Source: an uncultured Erysipelotrichaceae bacterium
Lineage (GTDB): Bacteria > Bacillota_I > Bacilli_A > Erysipelotrichales > Erysipelotrichaceae
Direction: 5' to 3'
NCBI GenBank assembly: GCA_942492825.1
Contig: OW818635.1
Location: 1,309,439 to 1,333,438 of the forward strand
DNA length: 24,000 nucleotides
Shown: positions 15,033 to 24,000 of the stretch, one piece after another
Position numbering within the stretch: position 1 is the first letter of the stretch
How the letters are laid out: each line of letters begins with the position of its first letter
The notes under the pieces: model-generated
What the model was told of the DNA's origin: nothing
Databases searched by the model: none
The model's input: only the letters and a program-made list of their open reading frames with translations
Program-made: the position numbers and the translations under genes

Positions 15033-15869
15033 TCATAGTTTCGAGAAAAGAGCCAAAGCAATCGGAATGTCCGTGCCGGCATGAAATAATAAGGCGCTAT
15101 ATATATTTCCTGATTTTAACGTTAGGTGTCCCCAGATTAGCGAAAGTGGAGTGAGTATCATAAAAAACAGTAGGATATCCGATGTATACTCGACTCCGGT
15201 ATGATGAAGGACAAACGGAAGAACCAAAACGAGATTCGCGATGGTTTTACCGTAGATCGGTTGAAGTTTGAATAGAAACAAAGATCGAAAGAGTAACTCT
15301 TCATTCAGTGCATTCGCAAAAACGAAAATTAAAAGTAACGGTGCCCATCCGACGATGCGTCCGTAAGTTAAGTCGACTGCCCCAAACATCCCTGCCAAAG
15401 GGATGGCGAGAATCAACGACACTAAAAAAGCAACGATACCAAACCTTAAGTTACTTTTCCCCATCGTTAATCCGATCGTCTTGAACGAACCCCCCGTGAA
15501 CCTGTTTAAAATAACGATGACGAGGATGAGAATCACACTACTATCGAGTTTATCCAGTGTGATTCCCAAGGGTGTCAAGATAGGTATGTTCAGTTTTTCG
15601 AGAGCCCATGAGATCGTCGGAATATAGAGATCCAACGTCATCGCGATCATAGCGATCATATAGGCGATGAATATGGATCTGTATTCCCGAAACCTGACAT
15701 TGCTTGAGCAAACCAAAATTAGAACTGCGAGGAATACGATCAAACCAAGCCTTACATAGGGATCAACATCAATTCCAAAGAGTGGTCGCATATGACTGAA
15801 CACTACGAAAACCAACATTCCCACAAGGAAAAACACAAGCAAGAATATCCTTTTATGGATCGGTTTCAT
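15033..15869 (-). CDS. CPBP family intramembrane glutamic endopeptidase (CAAX protease/Abi family)
   Basis: A polytopic membrane protein with the CPBP motifs EELLFRS (EExxxR), FVLHH (FxxxH) and LLFHAGTD (HxxxD). I prefer the start at the ATG at 15867-15869 (MKPIHKR, GAAGGAA RBS). The track start at 15929 lies inside the eno terminator hairpin. Confidence 0.78.
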   Translation of the reverse strand: MKPIHKRIFLLVFFLVGMLVFVVFSHMRPLFGIDVDPYVRLGLIVFLAVLILVCSSNVRFREYRSIFIAYMIAMIAMTLDLYIPTISWALEKLNIPILTPLGITLDKLDSSVILILVIVILNRFTGGSFKTIGLTMGKSNLRFGIVAFLVSLILAIPLAGMFGAVDLTYGRIVGWAPLLLIFVFANALNEELLFRSLFLFKLQPIYGKTIANLVLVLPFVLHHTGVEYTSDILLFFMILTPLSLIWGHLTLKSGNIYSALLFHAGTDIPIALALFSKL

Positions 15870-15892
15870 CGCATTCCTTCTTCCGCGAATCC

Positions 15893-15926
15893 TTAGAAAA
15901 ACACTCCTTCGAGTTGAAGGAGTGTT
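15893..15926 (-). terminator. Rho-independent terminator of eno
   Basis: An 11-bp stem, 15900-15910 (aacactccttc) with 15916-15926 (gaaggagtgtt). On the minus strand it is followed by tttct. It starts 11 nt after the eno stop. Confidence 0.8.
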
Positions 15927-15937
15927 CATAATTCAAT

Positions 15938-17248
<1,311 letters not shown>

Positions 17249-17995
17249 TTACGCTTTCAGAGCGTCGATGATAGCTTTAAACGAATCGACTTTCAAGGAA
17301 GCGCCTCCGATGAGGGCTCCGTCGATATCGGCTTCCGCCATGTATTCACGGATATTGTCGGGTTTGACCGATCCGCCGTATTGGATACGTACTTTTTCGG
17401 AAACTTCCGGTCCGAAGTTCTTCTTCACTTCGTCACGGACGATCGCACAGGTGTTCTGGGCGATTTCCTTGGTTGCGTTCTTCCCGGTGCCGATAGCCCA
17501 AACGGGTTCATACGCGATGACCAACTTCGCAACATCTTCCCCGGCTAATCCGGCCAAGGCTGCGGCGGTCTGTGTGCGAACGACGGATTCCGTTTCGCTG
17601 TTTTCAAACTGTGCCAAGGTTTCACCGACACAGATGATCGGGGTAATCCCGTTCGCTACCAACTTCAATGCTTTTTTATTTACGGTTCCATTGGTTTCGC
17701 CGAAATAGGTACGACGTTCGGAATGTCCGATGATGCACCATTTCAACCCGACTTCCTTCAACATCGGGACGCTGACCTCACCGGTGAACGCTCCGCTGTC
17801 TTCAAAGTGAACGTTTTGCGCCGCGACGATCAGATTCTTCGCAGCCGCGACGGATTTTTCAAGCGCCAAAAACGGGGCGCCGACTCCGAAATCCGCATCG
17901 TCATGCAATAGCGGTTCGATCGCTTCTACGAAACTCTTTGCTTCGGCGATCGTCTTATTCATCTTCCAGTTCCCAACAATAATCGGTTTACGCAT
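17249..17995 (-). CDS. tpiA: Triosephosphate isomerase
   Basis: 248 aa with VGNWKMN, IGHSERR and AYEPVWAIGTG motifs. It starts 2 nt after the pgk stop. Confidence 0.96.
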   Translation of the reverse strand: MRKPIIVGNWKMNKTIAEAKSFVEAIEPLLHDDADFGVGAPFLALEKSVAAAKNLIVAAQNVHFEDSGAFTGEVSVPMLKEVGLKWCIIGHSERRTYFGETNGTVNKKALKLVANGITPIICVGETLAQFENSETESVVRTQTAAALAGLAGEDVAKLVIAYEPVWAIGTGKNATKEIAQNTCAIVRDEVKKNFGPEVSEKVRIQYGGSVKPDNIREYMAEADIDGALIGGASLKVDSFKAIIDALKA

Positions 17996-17997
17996 TT

Positions 17998-19194
17998 CTA
18001 TTTCTCCTTGATGACGGCGATTCCAGGCAATTCTTTGCCTTCCATGAATTCAAGCGAGGCGCCGCCGCCGGTTGAAATGTGGGAGAATTTATCTTTGAAT
18101 CCAAGTTGGATCGCGGCCGCAGCCGAATCCCCGCCGCCGATGACTGTCATCGCGCCCGGTAATTCCGAAATCGCGGTGCAAATCTCAAGCGTGCCTTTGG
18201 CAAACGGCTTCATTTCGAAAACGCCCATCGGTCCGTTCCAGACCACGGTTTTTGCGCCTAAGAGTTCTTTCTTGAAAAGCGCGATCGATTCCGGTCCGAT
18301 ATCCAAGCCCATGTAATCGGCCGGAATATGGTCGTTGTCGACGATTTTGGTATCCGCGTCTTCCGCAAACGCACTGGCGGCGACATGGTCTACCGGTAAA
18401 ATAAGTTTTCCGTTAGAGCGTGCCAAGAAATCCTTCGCCATATCGATGCGGTCTTCTTCGACCAACGACTTCCCGATTTCCTTACCTTCCGCTTTGAGGA
18501 AAGTATAGGCCATCCCGCCGCCGATCAAGACTTTGTCGGCGATGGTCAGAAGGTTTTCGATGACTGCGATTTTGTCGGATACTTTCGCGCCGCCCAAGAT
18601 CGCCACGAACGGACGAACCGGTTCATAAACAGCTTTGCCAAGCATATCGACTTCTTTTTCGACTAAGAATCCCAAGGCCGAAGGAAGGATCTCCGCGATC
18701 CCGACGGTCGAAGAATGGGCTCTGTGAACCGAACCGAAGGCATCCGTCACAAACAGATCCGCTAACGAAGCCCAGTATTTGCTGAGTTCCGGATCGTTCT
18801 TGCTTTCGCCTTTTTCATAACGCGTATTCTGAACAACGACGATTTCCCCGTCTTTCAACTCTGCAATCGCCGCTTCCAGCGTTGCGCCTTTGGTTTCGGG
18901 GACAAACGATACTTTGGTCTTAACCAATTCGCCTAAACGGGCGGCGACCGGCGCCATGTTGTTTTTGGCTTTGTCAGCCGCAGTTTGTTCGGGATCCTTG
19001 TGATCCACTTTACCCAAGTGCGACATGAGAATGATCCGTGCTCCCTGTTCAACCAGATAGTTGATGGTCGGCAAGGCTTGGACGATACGATTGTCGTCTT
19101 TGATTTTGCCTTCTTTGATCGGAACATTGAAATCGACACGAACGATGACGCGTTTGCCTTTTACAGAAAGGTCGCGTACTGTCAGTTTTGCCAT
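17998..19194 (-). CDS. pgk: Phosphoglycerate kinase
   Basis: 398 aa from the ATG at 19192-19194 ([25 protein letters not shown]), which has an AAGGAGGA RBS. Motifs SHLGKV and GGGDSAAA are present. The track start at 19281 adds 29 non-homologous residues that run through the promoter. Confidence 0.95.
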   Translation of the reverse strand: MAKLTVRDLSVKGKRVIVRVDFNVPIKEGKIKDDNRIVQALPTINYLVEQGARIILMSHLGKVDHKDPEQTAADKAKNNMAPVAARLGELVKTKVSFVPETKGATLEAAIAELKDGEIVVVQNTRYEKGESKNDPELSKYWASLADLFVTDAFGSVHRAHSSTVGIAEILPSALGFLVEKEVDMLGKAVYEPVRPFVAILGGAKVSDKIAVIENLLTIADKVLIGGGMAYTFLKAEGKEIGKSLVEEDRIDMAKDFLARSNGKLILPVDHVAASAFAEDADTKIVDNDHIPADYMGLDIGPESIALFKKELLGAKTVVWNGPMGVFEMKPFAKGTLEICTAISELPGAMTVIGGGDSAAAAIQLGFKDKFSHISTGGGASLEFMEGKELPGIAVIKEK

Positions 19195-19221
19195 ATCTAC
19201 ATCCTCCTTGTAGTCATTCAG

Positions 19222-19250
19222 ATTATAGCATTTTCGACTTATTGAAACAA
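19222..19250 (-). promoter_or_regulatory. Promoter of pgk-tpiA-eno
   Basis: The minus strand reads TTGTTT (19245-19250), a 17-nt spacer, then TGcTATAAT (extended -10, with TATAAT at 19222-19227). It lies about 28 nt upstream of the pgk ATG and downstream of the glgA terminator. Confidence 0.55.
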
Positions 19251-19302
19251 TGCTTTTGTATGGTTTTGTTAATGGTTTCACATTATCTTCATCACTTTTG
19301 TC

Positions 19303-19334
19303 ACCAAATAAAAGAGCGTATCACTACGCTCTTT
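19303..19334 (-). terminator. Rho-independent terminator of glgA
   Basis: A 10-bp stem, aaagagcgta (19311-19320) with tacgctcttt (19325-19334), around loop tcac. On the minus strand it runs into ttttatttgg. It overlaps the glgA stop codon by 2 nt. Confidence 0.75.
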
Positions 19335-20769
19335 AACGGCTTTTTCGTTCGATCAGTTTGGCATATTCCCACGCCGACTTATTCCAACTGACATCTTTAC
19401 GCATGGCTTGCTTCACTAACTTCTTCCAGTTCTCCGGATTACGATAGTACGTATCCAAAGCATACTTGAGAATGTGTTTGAAATCTTCCCGATTGAAGTG
19501 ACCGAATGTAAATCCGGTACCCTTCGAGGTGAATTCGTTGTAAGGTTCGACCGTATCTTTCAATCCGCCGGTTTCGCGAACCAACGGCAAGGTTCCGTAA
19601 CGCATGGCGATCAATTGCGAGATTCCGCACGGCTCGAAGGCCGACGGCATCAATAGCAGATCCGCCCCGGCATAAATGCGATGCGCCAATTCTTCATGGT
19701 ATCCGCAATAGAACACGGCACGATGCGGATAACGGTATTCGATTTGACGAAGTTCATTTTCCGTCCAATTGTCCCCGGTACCAAGGATAACCAGTTGCAT
19801 GTCCCAACCCATGATTTCATGCATGGTGTCCATCAACAACTGCACACCTTTTTGCGGGGTAAGACGACTGACCATTGCCACAAGCAACACATCGGGGTCT
19901 TGACGTAATCCAAGTTCGGCTTGAATCGCCTTTTTATTGGCGGCCTTCCCTTTTTCGACACCTCGAAGATCGTATGTCTTTGCCAAAGCGGTATCCGTTT
20001 CAGGATTCCACGCTTGCACGTCGATTCCGTTGACGATCCCGTAAAGATCGCGTTTGCGCATCCGCAGGACATCTTCCATGTGTTCGCCGAAATCCGGCGT
20101 CAGAATTTCCAATGCATACGTGTCGGAAACGGTCGTGACCACATCCGAATACAAGATTCCGGCTTTCATGAAGGAAATCATCCCTTCATGGAAACGCAAG
20201 GTTCCGTCATGATACATGGAATCGGAGATTCCGAAAAGAGAGCTCAGGATCCCAAAGGGGAAATTCCCTTGGAAAGCCAAGTTATGGATGGTATAAAGGG
20301 TCAATACTTGCGGAATGCGGTGTAAATAAAGAGTACGAGCAAGCAACGCGATGAATCCGGTATGCCAGTCGTGACAATGGAGTACATCGGTTTCGATATG
20401 TTTCTCTTCGATCGCTCGCAATACGGCGTGCTGGAAAAACGCGAAGCGTTCCCCGTCATCCGGATATCCATAATATCCGTCACGTTCGAAATAGCCGGCA
20501 TGTTCCACCAAATAGTAGGTGACTTCACCGATCTTTTTGGTATATAAGGTTGCGACCGTATCCATCACACCCGCCTTGACGGGATACGTCGCGACTTTCG
20601 TCAACGTATGGTGTTGGGTGCGGGCGGTTTTCAGGTAGAGAGGTAAAATAACCGAGACTTCGAAGTCCAGTTCGGCGAGTTGTTGGGGAAGACTCCCCAC
20701 CACATCCGCCAAACCTCCGGTTTTGACGAAAGGCAATCCTTCCGCCGCCACAAACAGAATCTTTTTCAT
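19333..20769 (-). CDS. glgA: Glycogen synthase (ADP-glucose type)
   Basis: 478 aa. N-terminal KTGGLADV motif and GT5 architecture with a C-terminal PSxFEPCG-type segment (MPSAFEPCGISQL). Confidence 0.95.
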   Translation of the reverse strand: MKKILFVAAEGLPFVKTGGLADVVGSLPQQLAELDFEVSVILPLYLKTARTQHHTLTKVATYPVKAGVMDTVATLYTKKIGEVTYYLVEHAGYFERDGYYGYPDDGERFAFFQHAVLRAIEEKHIETDVLHCHDWHTGFIALLARTLYLHRIPQVLTLYTIHNLAFQGNFPFGILSSLFGISDSMYHDGTLRFHEGMISFMKAGILYSDVVTTVSDTYALEILTPDFGEHMEDVLRMRKRDLYGIVNGIDVQAWNPETDTALAKTYDLRGVEKGKAANKKAIQAELGLRQDPDVLLVAMVSRLTPQKGVQLLMDTMHEIMGWDMQLVILGTGDNWTENELRQIEYRYPHRAVFYCGYHEELAHRIYAGADLLLMPSAFEPCGISQLIAMRYGTLPLVRETGGLKDTVEPYNEFTSKGTGFTFGHFNREDFKHILKYALDTYYRNPENWKKLVKQAMRKDVSWNKSAWEYAKLIERKSR

Positions 20770-20776
20770 AGGATCC

Positions 20777-21892
20777 TCACAGGGTATCCCGACGTTTGAC
20801 GTAGATCAACTGTTCGGGAGTCCCGATCAATTCTTTCATATGCAAGATTTTTGCGTGCTTGTCGACGATACAATAGTTCAAGTGAGCGTTCTCGCTAATG
20901 AAAGCTCCGGGCAAGATGATACTGTTTTCGATGACCGCACCGGGTTTGACCACGACACCACGTCCCAAGACGGAGTTGTGGATCTCACCTTCAATGAAGC
21001 ATCCGTTGGCGATGGTGGAAAACTTAACATCCGCTAACGGCGAGTATTGTGTCGGACAAGAATCATTGGTACGTGTGTTGAACGGCCATTTCGGATCGAA
21101 AAGCTCCGCAGCCTTCTCCCGACAAATCAGTTCCATATTCGCTTTGAAGTATTGATCGATGTTGTTAATGCAAGCGACATAGCCACGGTGGCTATATCCG
21201 ATGATGTTCAAGGTGTTGATATTATCACCGATGATATCGGAGAGCGAATACATCGAGCTGGTTTTCTGTGCCAAACGGATCAAGTCGATGAACAGACTCT
21301 TACGCATGACATAGGTCCGCAACGATACATGGCGGTTTTTGTATTTTCCTTGGTTTTTTTCAAACTTCAGGATCCGTTTATCACGATCCAAGGTTAACGT
21401 GTTGATTCCGATAAACGCTTCTTTCGCGTTGTCGATCGTCTTGTAGACGACCGTGATGTCGGCTCCCGATTCAAGATGGGCATTGACCACGTCGTTGTAA
21501 TCGATCTTGGTGACCATAAAACTCGGCGCGATCACAACATACGGATAATTCGCTTCTTCGATGAATTGCATGTTTTGCGTAAACGCGGTGATATCATGGT
21601 TGTAGATTTCCGAATAAATCGGTTCTTCCCCATTTAAAAGATGCAACTTCCCGCGTTTTGAATTGATACCGTACTGACGGCCGGTACCCAAGTGTTCAAA
21701 GACCGAACGCGGTTTGGATTTGACATAAACTTGGACATGTTTGATGCCCGAATTGGTCATATTGGATAAGACGAAGTCGATCAGCCGATAACGGCCGAGA
21801 AACGACAATGACGGCATCGGACGGAAATCCTGTAGCCCCGCGACATACGCGGATGTGTCATCGTAGTTGATGATTCCTAATGCGTTGCACAT
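20777..21892 (-). CDS. glgD: Glucose-1-phosphate adenylyltransferase, GlgD subunit
   Basis: 371 aa, a paralogue of GlgC that lacks the GGxGxRL loop (starts MCNALGIINYDD...). It has a left-handed beta-helix C-terminus. Its position between glgC and glgA is as in Firmicutes. Confidence 0.88.
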   Translation of the reverse strand: MCNALGIINYDDTSAYVAGLQDFRPMPSLSFLGRYRLIDFVLSNMTNSGIKHVQVYVKSKPRSVFEHLGTGRQYGINSKRGKLHLLNGEEPIYSEIYNHDITAFTQNMQFIEEANYPYVVIAPSFMVTKIDYNDVVNAHLESGADITVVYKTIDNAKEAFIGINTLTLDRDKRILKFEKNQGKYKNRHVSLRTYVMRKSLFIDLIRLAQKTSSMYSLSDIIGDNINTLNIIGYSHRGYVACINNIDQYFKANMELICREKAAELFDPKWPFNTRTNDSCPTQYSPLADVKFSTIANGCFIEGEIHNSVLGRGVVVKPGAVIENSIILPGAFISENAHLNYCIVDKHAKILHMKELIGTPEQLIYVKRRDTL

Positions 21893-21904
21893 GGTGTCGC
21901 CCCC

Positions 21905-23035
21905 TTAATTATGGACATGACGATGGATCAATTCGATCTCCCCGTCACCCGCTTTGCCTACGTTGACATTCTCGTCGATTTCGACGTCGTCCGCGACGAT
22001 GACGCGTTGGACGATCGCGTTCTTACGAACAACGACCCCCGGCATCAATACCGCGTCGATTACCTTCGCACCCTCTTCAACAACCACTCCGGTAAAGAGC
22101 ACGGAATTCTCCACATGTCCATCAATGACGCAACCTTGGTTGATATATGCATTCTTGACGGTTCCATTTCTCCCGATAAATTGCGATGGCATGTGCTGAT
22201 CTTCACTATAGATTTTCCAGCTCGGATCCGCCAAATCAAGTTCGGTGCCGCGATAAATCAAGTCCATGTTGGCTTCCCAAAGACTGTCGATTGTCCCGAC
22301 ATCTTTCCAATATCCTTTGAAGCGATACGCGAACATCCGTTTGTCGGCTTTCAAGCCGCCGGGGATGATATCTTTTCCGAAGTCATGATGCGAAGCATCG
22401 TTCTTCATATCGTCCACTAACGTTTTACGCAGATATTTCCAACTAAAGATATAAACGCCCATGGAAGCTAAGTTGCTTTTCGGATGTTTCGGCTTTTCAT
22501 CGAATTCAAGAACACGATCGGTCTCATCGGTATTCATGATCCCAAAACGCGAAGCCTCTTTTAACGGAACTTCCAGAACGGCGATCGTCACATCGGCCAA
22601 ACGTGCTTTATGGAAGGCCAGCATTTTCGCATAGTCCATCTTATAGATGTGGTCCCCCGAAAGAACCAAGACGTATTCCGGATCGTATTGGTCGAGGAAA
22701 TCGATATTTTGCGTGATGGCATCCGCCGTCCCGCGATAGAGTCCGAACCCTTCGCTCTTTTCACGCGGTGGTAATACATAAATTCCCGAATCCTTGGCAT
22801 CCAATCCCCATCTTGAGTCTTGGGCGACATAGGAATTCAATAAAACCGATTCATACTGAGTCAACACGCCGACGATGTCGATCCCCGAGTTGGCGCAATT
22901 GCTTAACGGAAAATCGACGATACGGTACTTCCCTCCGAAATAAACCGCGGGCTTGGCAACTTTGTTGGTAAGCTCAAGCAACCGTGACCCACGCCCGCCG
23001 GCTAGGATCATGGCCACCATCTGATGTTGGCGCAT
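21905..23035 (-). CDS. glgC: Glucose-1-phosphate adenylyltransferase
   Basis: 376 aa with [37 protein letters not shown] and FYGTADA-like (LYRGTADA) motifs. Confidence 0.95.
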   Translation of the reverse strand: MRQHQMVAMILAGGRGSRLLELTNKVAKPAVYFGGKYRIVDFPLSNCANSGIDIVGVLTQYESVLLNSYVAQDSRWGLDAKDSGIYVLPPREKSEGFGLYRGTADAITQNIDFLDQYDPEYVLVLSGDHIYKMDYAKMLAFHKARLADVTIAVLEVPLKEASRFGIMNTDETDRVLEFDEKPKHPKSNLASMGVYIFSWKYLRKTLVDDMKNDASHHDFGKDIIPGGLKADKRMFAYRFKGYWKDVGTIDSLWEANMDLIYRGTELDLADPSWKIYSEDQHMPSQFIGRNGTVKNAYINQGCVIDGHVENSVLFTGVVVEEGAKVIDAVLMPGVVVRKNAIVQRVIVADDVEIDENVNVGKAGDGEIELIHRHVHN

Positions 23036-23050
23036 ATTATTTCCCCTTTG

Positions 23051-23075
23051 CTTTTATATTTTTATTATACTCCAT
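23051..23075 (-). promoter_or_regulatory. Core promoter of glgCDA (-10 TATAAT at 23064-23069)
   Basis: The minus strand reads atggagtataataaaaatataaaag, with TATAAT about 28 nt upstream of the glgC ATG. It is 22/25 identical to the lemA promoter module. I see no convincing -35. Confidence 0.45.
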
Positions 23076-23145
23076 TTTCGCATTCGCAACCATCGTCAGT
23101 GCCAGGGTTGAGGCGAATTTTTCCGAATTTTGACGCGCAATTAAC

Positions 23146-23178
23146 ACAAAAGAAAAACGCGGATTTTATTTCCGCGTT
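23146..23178 (-). terminator. Rho-independent terminator of the ECF S-component-like gene
   Basis: Stem aacgcgga (23156-23163) with tccgcgtt (23171-23178). The stop codon (23166-23168) lies in the loop. On the minus strand the stem is followed by tttttctttt. Confidence 0.75.
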
Positions 23179-23987
23179 CCTTGCATAAGTTTGTCGACAA
23201 GATTGACTAAGATGAATCCCAGGACAATGTTGACTTGGATCATGACCGTGCCTTTCACCAAGCGTGGCGCGACATTTAACCAAAACGGGATGCCGTACAT
23301 GACTTGCAACCAGAACGGCGTCAAGATCAGATTGACGATCAATTCGACCCAGAGGATACTGATCGCCCAGTCCGTCAGTGCGAAGTTGTAGTTTCGATCC
23401 GCGAAATATTTGGCGATGATATTCAACATGAACACCATAAATCCGACCATCAACGTACTCAAGATAAAGATTCCGATCTTGGTGGAGGTCAGTACTTGAA
23501 GCGTGTCTTTGCCGACCTTCACTTCGTTAATCGAAACCACGAAAGCCATCGCGGTCAAATAAATGACTCCAAGCATAAGATGAGGAAGGTACTTAAATGA
23601 TTTGATCTTCGACTTCGGCAGAAGCATCCACAAGGCGGGAATCATCGCGATCAATACTTTATTGAGGGTAAATCCGAAGAACGGTGCTCCGGCCGGTGCG
23701 ATCACCACTTCCAGCACATCTTCGATCAGCCCGGCCACAAATGCCCAGGATGGTCCCAGGAAAATTCCGGTGATCATCAACGGAAGTTGCGAGAGTCCGA
23801 TTTTCAAACTTGGGTAACCGAAAAGCGGAATCATGATCGAAAGCAGCGAAAGCACGACGGAAAGCATCACCATAAAAGCGGTAAATGTGATCGATCGGAT
23901 TTCGAGTTTGAGCGGATTGAATCGGAACGTCAAATATCCGATGACAACCAAGGCCAAGACAGCCGCTACTTGTACATAAACACCCAT
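23166..23987 (-). CDS. ECF transporter S-component-like integral membrane protein (folate-family-like), enlarged
   Basis: 273 aa and highly hydrophobic. The segment LKIGLSQLPLMITGIFLGPSWAFVAGLIEDVLEVVIAPAGAPFFGFTLNKVLIAMIPAL and the C-terminal APRLVKGTVMIQVNIVLGFIL resemble ECF S components. AAGGAGTG RBS upstream of the ATG at 23987. The substrate is unknown. Confidence 0.6.
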   Translation of the reverse strand: MGVYVQVAAVLALVVIGYLTFRFNPLKLEIRSITFTAFMVMLSVVLSLLSIMIPLFGYPSLKIGLSQLPLMITGIFLGPSWAFVAGLIEDVLEVVIAPAGAPFFGFTLNKVLIAMIPALWMLLPKSKIKSFKYLPHLMLGVIYLTAMAFVVSINEVKVGKDTLQVLTSTKIGIFILSTLMVGFMVFMLNIIAKYFADRNYNFALTDWAISILWVELIVNLILTPFWLQVMYGIPFWLNVAPRLVKGTVMIQVNIVLGFILVNLVDKLMQGTRK

Positions 23988-24000
23988 GGAATCACTCCTT

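Noticed and set aside
21911-22420. Antisense ORFs within glgC, glgD, glgA, pgk, eno and rnr (for example 21911-22420, 19921-20325, 16298-16666, 17220-17708)
   Set aside because: All are nested opposite strongly conserved enzymes. None has RBS support or family resemblance.
23037-23075. A 12-codon uORF ([12 protein letters not shown]) ending 1 nt before the glgC ATG, and the matching MEYNQNI N-terminal extension of lemA (8740)
   Set aside because: The shared ATGGAG lies immediately upstream of the TATAAT -10, so it would not be in the transcript from that promoter. Neither ATG has an SD. The similarity is better explained as promoter sequence.

Overview
This window looks like a low-to-moderate GC Firmicutes/Erysipelotrichia-like chromosome using the standard code (TGA, TAA and TAG are all used as stops). 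Nearly all genes lie on the minus strand and most are housekeeping.

Gene content, left to right:
- A LacI-controlled sugar-utilisation operon: two CUT1 ABC permeases, beta-phosphoglucomutase, a GH65 disaccharide phosphorylase and a lipoprotein binding protein. No ATPase gene is present.
- A beta-propeller lactonase gene.
- A plus-strand LemA/DUF2207 membrane pair of unknown function.
- One IS200-type element (Y1 transposase only), inserted between the convergent DUF2207 and smpB genes.
- secG-rnr-smpB, a CPBP intramembrane protease, pgk-tpiA-eno, glgC-glgD-glgA, and an enlarged ECF S-component-like membrane protein.

I found no rRNA, tRNA, tmRNA, CRISPR array or recognisable defence or toxin system, and no non-coding gap is large enough to hide one.

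The points most worth a second look are modest:
- The uncharacterised LemA/DUF2207 module, with its Gly-rich tail and an intercistronic hairpin.
- The IS200 copy: an RBS-sequestering stem, a 13-nt perfect inverted repeat bracketing tnpA, a roughly 75% GC structured 3' module, and inward-facing terminators.
- The absence of ssrA at its usual place after smpB.
- A near-identical 25-nt core-promoter module upstream of both lemA and glgC.
- The unresolved substrate of the GH65 locus.

Several ORF-track starts are over-extended. I re-called them at internal starts that have good Shine-Dalgarno sequences.
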